From: Candidatus Komeilibacteria bacterium
GTDB taxonomy: Bacteria > Patescibacteriota > Patescibacteriia > UBA1558 > GWA2-36-10
Direction of reading: 5' to 3'
Assembly: GCA_018656065.1 (NCBI GenBank)
Contig: JABHZY010000025.1
Location: 1-47,868, forward strand
Length of the DNA stretch: 47,868 bases
Shown: positions 8,992 through 16,000 of the stretch, piece by piece
How the letters are laid out: each line of letters opens with the position of its first letter
Numbering within the stretch: the first letter of the stretch is position 1
Program-made: the position numbers and the translations under genes
The notes under the pieces: model-generated
The model's database searches: none
Told to the model about the DNA's origin: nothing
The model's input: the letters and a program-made list of their open reading frames with translations, nothing else

Positions 8992-10077
8992 ATGGAAGAA
9001 AGACATAAACATTTTGCCAGACCGACTAGTACCAGACCGCCATCTATGTTTAATTTGACGTTGTGGACTATTTTAGTTGGTTTAATAGCTGGATTTGGAG
9101 GTTATTTATTAGCTAATCATTTATTACCAAATAATAGTGCTAGTTATTTCAATATTAGTAATCCAAATCGTGATATTAAAGTTAGCATTGAACAACCTTT
9201 AACTAATTTTGGCCATGACCATCAAAAAAGTGTAGCTGGTGTTTACAAGGCTTTACGCACTGTTCCGGCCGTAGGACAGCCTTTATTTTCGGTTGATGAT
9301 TTTTTAGGTTCAGCCGTAGTAGCTACTTCTGATGGGTGGCTAATGACTACTAATCAAGTAACCGCAGATGCCGAAGTTAATATTGTATTAGGTGACAAAG
9401 TATATGAAGTAGAAGATTTATTGGAAGATAATTTTACAGGCGCTGTATTTTTGAAAATTAATGAAAATTCTTTACAGCCAATTGATTTTCAATTGATTGA
9501 TGATGTTAAGATAGGGGAGAAATTATTTACTATAATTGATACAGCTAATAGTTATGATCATTTTTTTGCCACCACGTATTTAAGTAATTCTCATTATTCA
9601 CCTAATAAATATTTATACACTGATGTAGCTGATTATTACATAAAAATATCTGGAGAAAATCTGGACAGTGGAGCCCCTTACTTTAATTTAGATGGTGATT
9701 TAATTGGTTTATCTTATAATATTTCAGATGAAACATTATTATTATCCTCTGAATATTTAAAACAAGCAGTTAAGCACCTACTTAATAAAACAAAGCGTCC
9801 TAGATTAGGTATTAGATATGTAGACATGGAAAATAATAGTGGCTTTGAGCGCAAAGGTAGCTTAGTTTATAACCCTCAATACACAGCCGTGGTTTATAAT
9901 TCACCAGCTTATAAGGCAGGTATTAAATCAGGTGATCAAATAGTTGCCATTAATAACGACATAGTATCCAGTTACAGAACTTTAACTACAGTATTACAAA
10001 ACTATCGTTTAGGTGACAAAGTACTTATTAAAATTTTAAGAGATGGAGTCGAACAAGATATAGAAGTATCTCTTTAA
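8992..10077 (+). CDS. Membrane-anchored HtrA-like trypsin-fold protein with a C-terminal PDZ domain, apparently lacking catalytic His and Asp
   Basis: TM anchor LWTILVGLIAGFGGYLLA. It has GSAVVATSDGWLMTTNQV where HtrA has ...TNNHV, and TGAVFLKI where HtrA has SDIALLKI. LDSGAPYFNLDGDLIGL retains the Ser context. PDZ-like GIKSGDQIVAINNDIV...LGDKVLIKILRDG. Confidence 0.6.
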   Translation: MEERHKHFARPTSTRPPSMFNLTLWTILVGLIAGFGGYLLANHLLPNNSASYFNISNPNRDIKVSIEQPLTNFGHDHQKSVAGVYKALRTVPAVGQPLFSVDDFLGSAVVATSDGWLMTTNQVTADAEVNIVLGDKVYEVEDLLEDNFTGAVFLKINENSLQPIDFQLIDDVKIGEKLFTIIDTANSYDHFFATTYLSNSHYSPNKYLYTDVADYYIKISGENLDSGAPYFNLDGDLIGLSYNISDETLLLSSEYLKQAVKHLLNKTKRPRLGIRYVDMENNSGFERKGSLVYNPQYTAVVYNSPAYKAGIKSGDQIVAINNDIVSSYRTLTTVLQNYRLGDKVLIKILRDGVEQDIEVSL

Positions 10078-10080
10078 TAA

Positions 10081-10110
10081 AAAATCACCCTAGACTTTGG
10101 GTGTTTTTTT
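10081..10110. terminator. Weak bidirectional hairpin between convergent genes
   Basis: In aaaaatCACCCtagactttGGGTGttttttt, a 5-bp stem is flanked by an A-run and a T-run. It overlaps the last codons of the minus-strand HTH gene. Confidence 0.35.
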
Positions 10111-10389
10111 ATTTAAGGCTAACTTGATATGTGGACTATATTTTTTATTATGTATTTTCCACTTATCTATGTACTGTCCAATACCTTGATTGTCTAATTT
10201 ATTGGAACGACGAGTAGATTGACGAGACCATTCAATCAGTGAAGAAAAACTAATCTTGTATCTTCCCTTAACAATGATATACTTTAGGAGTTCTTCCTTA
10301 AGAGCTTGTCGAATAGTTTTACTACTTACTCCGAATAGGCGAGCGGCTTCTGAGACAGAAACTCTAACAACATTTTCATTTTTTGTCAT
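10090..10389 (-). CDS. Excisionase-family (MerR-like) helix-turn-helix DNA-binding protein
   Basis: 99 aa. VSVSEAARLFGVSSKTIRQALKEELLKY is a typical HTH_17/excisionase-type motif. It is the only minus-strand gene in the first 22 kb. Confidence 0.6.
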   Translation of the reverse strand: MTKNENVVRVSVSEAARLFGVSSKTIRQALKEELLKYIIVKGRYKISFSSLIEWSRQSTRRSNKLDNQGIGQYIDKWKIHNKKYSPHIKLALNKKTPKV

Positions 10390-10433
10390 ATTTTTATAAT
10401 TATATCCACCTTGTTGGCAAGGTAGGTAAATAA

Positions 10434-10462
10434 AGTATACAGTATTCTATACTTTATTACAA
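10434..10462 (-). promoter_or_regulatory. Candidate promoter of the HTH gene overlapped by an 8+8 inverted repeat
   Basis: The minus strand reads TTGTAA-N17-TATACT. The inverted repeat AAAGTATA-N8-TATACTTT (10432-10455) covers the -10 and spacer. Confidence 0.35.
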
Positions 10463-10548
10463 TAATGTGGATAAATTAGTCTAATAATAAGTTATTTCAT
10501 AAGATGAAAAAAGACTTAAAAAATAGCTAATTTTAGCCTCTTTTTCCC

Positions 10549-10577
10549 TTTACATAAGTTTAAAAAAGTGTTATAAT
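10549..10577 (+). promoter_or_regulatory. Near-consensus sigma-70-type promoter upstream of the ECF sigma gene
   Basis: TTTACA (10549-10554), a 17-nt spacer, then TGTTATAAT (10569-10577). This predicts a leader of about 160 nt before ATG 10746. Confidence 0.5.
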
Positions 10578-10643
10578 CTGTAAGATTTCAATAAATAAAA
10601 AATCTTTATTATTAATAAAGAAATAACTATATAATAAATATTA

Positions 10644-10677
10644 TTAACTTTTTAGCTAATATTAGCTAAAAAGTTAA
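10644..10677. repeat. 34-bp perfect palindrome in the sigma-gene leader
   Basis: TTAACTTTTTAGCTAAT|ATTAGCTAAAAAGTTAA was read directly. A second 19-bp palindrome, TCTTTATTA-T-TAATAAAGA, lies at 10603-10621. Confidence 0.9.
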
Positions 10678-10745
10678 GTAGAAAATAAACCCAATCGCGC
10701 ACTAATTTTACTGTAATATTTTGGGTCTTTTTTACGTCTATATAT

Positions 10746-11294
10746 ATGAAGAGTATAAAAAGTAATTTACAAGAGAGAATAGCTTTTTTAAAGCTTAGAT
10801 CAGGGGATTCTGATGCTTTTGCCTTTTTTTATGATAAATATGTAAAAAGTATTTATCGTTTCGTATATCTAAAGGTAGGAAGCAAACAAGTTGCCGAAGA
10901 TTTAACTCAAGATATTTTTCTAAAAATCTGGCAACATTTAGTAGATAAAAGAAATGTTAGAAGTTTTCAAGCTTTCATATTTCGCATAGCTCGTAATACA
11001 GTGGTAGATTATTATCGTAGTTCTAAGCAGGAATTACCATTAGAGAATATGCCAGAGTCTGTAGAAATTATAGAAGAAAGTGTATTAGCAGCTGATAAGA
11101 ATTTAGATATAGCTATACTTCTCAAAGAGATAGAGTTACTTAAATCAGAATACCAAGAAGTCCTACTACTCAGATATGTGGAAGATATGTCCATAGATGA
11201 TATAGCTCATGTGATGGCTAAGGATAAAAATAATATTAGAGTAACTATACACAGAGCTCTTACTAAATTAAAAACAATCACCAAAGGTAAATAA
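10746..11294 (+). CDS. ECF-type RNA polymerase sigma-70 family factor
   Basis: 182 aa. Region 2 is AEDLTQDIFLKIWQHL...FRIARNTVVDYYR. Region 4 is YQEVLLLRYVEDMSIDDIAHVMAKDKNNIRVTIHRALTKLK. Confidence 0.85.
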   Translation: MKSIKSNLQERIAFLKLRSGDSDAFAFFYDKYVKSIYRFVYLKVGSKQVAEDLTQDIFLKIWQHLVDKRNVRSFQAFIFRIARNTVVDYYRSSKQELPLENMPESVEIIEESVLAADKNLDIAILLKEIELLKSEYQEVLLLRYVEDMSIDDIAHVMAKDKNNIRVTIHRALTKLKTITKGK

Positions 11295-11312
11295 TAATCG
11301 CGCAATAAAATT

Positions 11313-12668
11313 ATGAGATTAACAAAAAAGATTTCTCGTCTCAGAGATCTGGAAAGTATTCAACCAGACAAAAGATGGGAAAAGACAACTAAGTATGATC
11401 TACTAGAGGAGATTTCTTCTCAAAATAGATTGATGCAAGCCTACAAACTATCTACTTCACAGAAGATAGACCTTTTTGTTATGAAATCTTTTAATCGTGT
11501 AGCTCCATCTTTGACTAAGGCTTTAACAGCCTTTTTAGTATTTATGATGTTCTTTGGTATGAATATTGCTGCGCAAGCTTCTGTACCAGGACAGCCATTG
11601 TGGCCAGTCAAAAGAGCTGTTGAAGAAGGTGAAGTATTAATTGCTTTCAGTCCAGTTAAAAAGACAGAAGTTCATATCAAACATGTCAATGAGAGATTAG
11701 ATGAAATTGAGAAAATTTTAGAACAAGATATAGCCGTAGAAGAAGTTGAAGTTCAAGTAGAGCAAGATATAGCTATTAAACAAGCAGTCAGTCATTTAGA
11801 GCAAGACATAGCTTCAGTTGATTCTGCTTTGCAGATTGTTAAAGAAGAAAAAGAAGCTATTGAAGTGGTAGAGTTAGTTAAAAAAGTTACTAGTGTTACT
11901 AAAGAAGCAATTATTGATTTAGAAACTCAAATAGAAGATACAGATTCTCTTATTATAGAAGAGGCTTTGGACGGTGCTAAGGAGGCTAATACAGAAGTAA
12001 AAGAAGCGGCCGTTGATTTAGCCATAGAGGTTCATGATGAAATTGTAGCTGCTGAAACTTTAGCTGCTGAAACTTTAGTTGCTGAAGAAAATATTATTCT
12101 CGAAGAGGTGGTTCTAGTGGAAGTTTCTGAAGAGTTAGAAGCTATTAAAGTATTAGTAGCAGAAATTGTAGCTGAACAAATAGAAGATTTATCTGAACAA
12201 ATTGATACTACTAAAGAAGATGTTGATAATGTAGTCGAAGAGGCTTTAATAGAATTAGTAGAGGTTGAAGAAAATAAAGAAACAGCCGAAGGCTCCGAGC
12301 AAAGCCGAGGGGAAGAAAGTATAGAAGTTATAGAAGATATTGATAATATTAAAGAAAATCCAGAGGAAGCTGCAGTAGTATTAGATGAGGCTAAGGTATT
12401 ACTAGAAGAAGGATCATTTAAAGAAGCAATTGATAAGATTGACGAAAGTAAAGAATTAAATGACAAGTCAGAAGTAATCCTTGAAAAGTTAGATGAGCTT
12501 CAAGAGGTAGAAGTGCCTTCTGAAGAGCCGGTAGAAGATGTAGAGCCTATTACAGAAGTGTTGCCAGAAGTTACTACATCTACTCAAAATTTAGATATTA
12601 AACCAGAGGATGAAGAAACAATTGAGTCTTCTGGAATTGATATAGTCGAAGACCCTGAACAAAGTTGA
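11313..12668 (+). CDS. Single-pass membrane protein, anti-sigma-factor candidate with a DUF5667-like juxtamembrane segment and a hyperacidic Glu/Val/Ile-rich ectodomain
   Basis: 451 aa, starting 18 nt after the sigma gene. TM segment LTKALTAFLVFMMFFGMNIAAQA. PGQPLWPVKRAVEEGEVLIAFSP resembles DUF5667 from memory. The rest is a low-complexity acidic helix-like sequence. No zinc anti-sigma motif is present. Confidence 0.5.
   Translation: MRLTKKISRLRDLESIQPDKRWEKTTKYDLLEEISSQNRLMQAYKLSTSQKIDLFVMKSFNRVAPSLTKALTAFLVFMMFFGMNIAAQASVPGQPLWPVKRAVEEGEVLIAFSPVKKTEVHIKHVNERLDEIEKILEQDIAVEEVEVQVEQDIAIKQAVSHLEQDIASVDSALQIVKEEKEAIEVVELVKKVTSVTKEAIIDLETQIEDTDSLIIEEALDGAKEANTEVKEAAVDLAIEVHDEIVAAETLAAETLVAEENIILEEVVLVEVSEELEAIKVLVAEIVAEQIEDLSEQIDTTKEDVDNVVEEALIELVEVEENKETAEGSEQSRGEESIEVIEDIDNIKENPEEAAVVLDEAKVLLEEGSFKEAIDKIDESKELNDKSEVILEKLDELQEVEVPSEEPVEDVEPITEVLPEVTTSTQNLDIKPEDEETIESSGIDIVEDPEQS
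12048..12077 (+). repeat. 15-nt tandem duplication inside the anti-sigma-like gene
   Basis: gctgctgaaacttta occurs twice, encoding AAETL AAETL, followed by a degenerate third copy. Confidence 0.9.
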
Positions 12669-13099
12669 AGGGAAGAAAGTGAAGAAGAGCAAATTAACAA
12701 TTAGTTTTTTATTCCTGTCGTGACGCACTGATTTAGTCGATCAAGGGCATCAAAATAGTCTAAGGATATTTAGTTTTTATTCCCATGCATGAATGAAGGC
12801 TAGTATCCCTAGATTATCGCCTAATCGCGCGCGAAATAGGGATTTAGTTTATAGCTTGCTATAGAGGGCTATAGACAAACACTCTTATATCAGATCCTAT
12901 CTGGTATAAGATATTAATAAGTGTTCCTAGACAATCTATTTTTTCAGACGAGTTTGTAGGCCTATTAATTTAGTTGACCAGAAAGGTCGGCGTGGCTAAG
13001 CCGTGGGCGCTAAACCTAATAGTATAAGCCTCCGTATTGTGGAGACGTTTGCAAATGAGCTGATTGAATAATGTTTAGAGAACTTTTAAAACCGAACAA
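12669..13099 (+). other. 431-bp non-coding, locally GC-enriched, structured region; putative long 5' leader of the surface-protein gene or an unclassified RNA element
   Basis: The track shows no ORF of 60 aa or more here. Direct repeat TTAGTTTTT(T)ATTCC at 12701-12715 and 12770-12783. Hairpin ATCCCTA-N25-TAGGGAT at 12805-12843. A 12-bp hairpin CTTATATCAGAT-CCT-ATCTGGTATAAG at 12884-12910. TTTAGT occurs 4 times (plus one TTAGT variant at the first direct repeat). Confidence 0.4.
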
Positions 13100-16000
13100 A
13101 TGAGTTTAATAAAAAGACTTTTCGTGTTTTCCTTGGTATTTACCACTGTCCTATGGTCATTTGGTGGCCTAAGCGTAAAGGCAGAAGGTACATACGGAGC
13201 AGGTTCTTTACTTGCTTTAGAAGGTGTTGAAGGCGCAGCTGTCTATTACATTGGTTCAGATGACAAGAAATATGTTTTCCCAGAAGGAAAAACATATGCA
13301 ACTTGGTATGAAAACTTTGACGACGTTGTTAGAGTTGACGTAGCTGAACTAGATATGTATGACGATGGTGGTGCTATGACTTATCGTGCTGGTACTAAAT
13401 TAGTAACACACGCAAATACAGCTAAAATTTACGCAGTAGGCCCTGGTGGATCACTTCACTGGTTACCTACAGCTGAAGTAGCTGAAGCTCTATATGGAGC
13501 AACTTGGTATGTAATGGTTCAAGATGTAATTCCTGGCTATTTCTCATCAAGCTACGTTTCAGGAGCTGATTTAAGTGACATGTATCCAAATGGTACATTA
13601 CTTCAAGTAGGTGAAGAAATGTATTATGTAATGGATGGTGATGTCAGACCATTTGCTGATTCAGATGCATTTGATGCTAATAACTTTGATTATGACAATT
13701 TAATCGAAGTTGATGATGTTGACGCTTATGGAGCTGGAGAATCTGTAACTGGTGAAGAAACTGGTTTAGCTGGATTCATGCCAGCTGAAAGTAGTGACGA
13801 TGACGATGACGATGATGTTGTTTCTACAGGTGATTTAACAGTAAGCCTAGCTTCTGGTACACCAGTTTCAAGATCTATCATTGCTGATTCTACAAATAGC
13901 GTAGGTGAAGCTTTGACACACTTTTCAGATTTCAAATTCCAAGCTGGCTCAAGCGATGACGCTGTTGTAACAAATTTGAAATTGACTAGAACTGGTATCT
14001 CTTCTGATACTGATCTAGACAATGTATATTTATACAATGGTATGATTCGTTTAGCTGAAGGTGGTAGCATCTCTTCTGGTGTTGTTACTTTCAATAACGC
14101 TGCTGGTTTATTCACTGTTCCAGCTGGAACAACAATGACAGTTAGTGTTAAAGCTGATCTTAACAGCGCAGTTTCTGCTGGTAAGACAATGGCTATTGGT
14201 TTAGCCTCTGCTGATATGGTCACTTCAGGTGGTTCAGTCGCTGGTAATTTCCCATTAACAGGAAATACAATGACTTTCGCCAATGTAGATGATTTAGGTA
14301 GAGTTACTGTAAGTAATTACAATAAACCAGCTTCTGCAGATACATCTGTAGACCCAGATCAAAGTGATTTTGAAGTTTTCACTTTCAATTTACAAAGTGG
14401 TGGTCAAATTCTAGAAGTAGACAAATTAGTACTTACAGAAGTAGGTTCAATCCAAGTTGGTGATTTGACAAACTTCGTATTATTGGCTGCTGGAACAGAA
14501 GTAGGTACTGCTGAAATGGCTGATGATTATACTGTCACTTTTGACATGTCATCTGCTCCAGTAGAAATTACTAAAGGTTCTACAAAGAGTTTTAGTGTAA
14601 GAGCTGATGTAGAAACAGGTTCTACAAAGACTTTCTACTTCTCATTCCAAAATTCTTCTGATATTATGGTTAGAGATACTAACTATAATGTATATGTACA
14701 ACCATATACAGGAGGAACTTGGAGCATTCTTAAACCAACAACAGGTAATTTCTTAATCTCTAGCGGTTCTGTAACTGTTTCTAGAGCTACAACTTCACGT
14801 ACAGATAATGCTGCTGTTGATGCTACCAATGTTACATTGGCAACATTTGACTTTAAAGCTTCTGGTGAAGATGTAAAGATTAAGAATTTAGATGTTTTAG
14901 CTGACACTACAAGTACAAATAACGGTGGTTTAGACAATGGTAAGATTATGGTTGATGGTGTTCAAGTTGGTTCTACAAAGGACTTGACTGAAGACACTGA
15001 CGTAAACTTTACTTTTGGTTCAAGTTTTATTATTCCAGCTGGAGATACTGTCGAAGTTACTATTGTAGCTGATATTAAAACAACAACATCTGCTAGTTAT
15101 TCTGATACTGATACAGTAACTATTTCAGTTGGTGCTGGTTCATCAAATGCGCAAGGTGTGTCTTCATTGACTACAAGTTCTGTACCAAGCTCTGATACAG
15201 CTGGTAACAGCATTACAATGACTGCTGATTCACTAACAATCAGTAAATATACTGGTTATGGTGATAAAACATTAGTAGCTGGTACAAACGGAGCCAAACT
15301 TGGTTCATTTGTATTAAATACAGGTGCTGCTTCTGCAGTAGATGTAAGCTCTATCACAGTAACTTTAAGTACAGCTGAAGCTGCTACAGTTACAAATCTA
15401 TATTTGGAGAGCGATGGCGTACAGTTTGGTTCTACCAAAGCTAGCCCATCTACATCAAATGTATTTAGTGATACTACAAATATTGTTGCTAATGGTGCAC
15501 AAGTATTTGACTTGTATGGAGACATCCTATCAGGTGCCGATGAGGGTACTTGGGTTGCTTCTCTAACTGCTACTGGTACTTCAGTTGAAGGACAAGCTAG
15601 CGTTAGTGCTACAAGTGCCGATGCTCAAACAATCACAATTGGCAGTGGTTCTATGTCAGCTAGCGCTGGTACACATGCTGATAGTGCTGTTGTATTAGCA
15701 GGTACTACAGGTAATGATTTCGCAAACTTTAACTTTAGTGCTCTTAATGAGGATTATACAATCCAAGAATTAAGATTCACTATTGAAAATAATTTTGCTA
15801 CTTCTACTACTGGTATTACATTAGACTACCCAACAGCTAGTGGCACAGCTACTGCTAACGGTATTTTCATTGCTAGTGGCGATGACTATTATGCTACATT
15901 TACTGGTCTAGATATGTTTGTTGAAGCTGATAACGAAGCTAGTGTAACCGTGAAGATTCATACTACAACTATTGCTAGTGGTGGTACTTCAGGTGCTAGT

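Noticed and set aside
10712-10746. ECF-like promoter TGTAAT-N17-CGTCTA ending 5 nt before the sigma ATG, which would imply a leaderless, autoregulated transcript.
   Set aside because: The -35 matches only loosely. No similar element was found upstream of the surface-protein gene. The placement leaves no leader. It is too speculative to annotate without 5'-end data.
12032-12466. 144-aa Ser-rich minus-strand ORF inside the anti-sigma-like gene.
   Set aside because: It is the mirror image of the Glu-rich (GAA/GAG) sense frame, because TTC/CTC read as Ser/Leu-rich antisense. It is low-complexity with no independent support.
12669-13099. Known riboswitch or ncRNA identity for the long leader (c-di-GMP-I/II, SRP RNA, 6S, tmRNA, RNase P).
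   Set aside because: I could not match the conserved cores I remember for these families, for example GGCAAACC...GACGCAAAGCC for GEMM-I. An Infernal scan is needed, so the region is reported only as an unclassified structured region.
13726-14283. 185-aa minus-strand ORF, together with others at 14683-14937, 15256-15525 and 16018-16239, inside the surface-protein gene.
   Set aside because: These are antisense shadow ORFs of a long, compositionally biased gene in which GCT/GGT/ACT-rich codons leave few stops on the opposite strand. They have no start context or motif, and the sense ORF is far longer and coherent.
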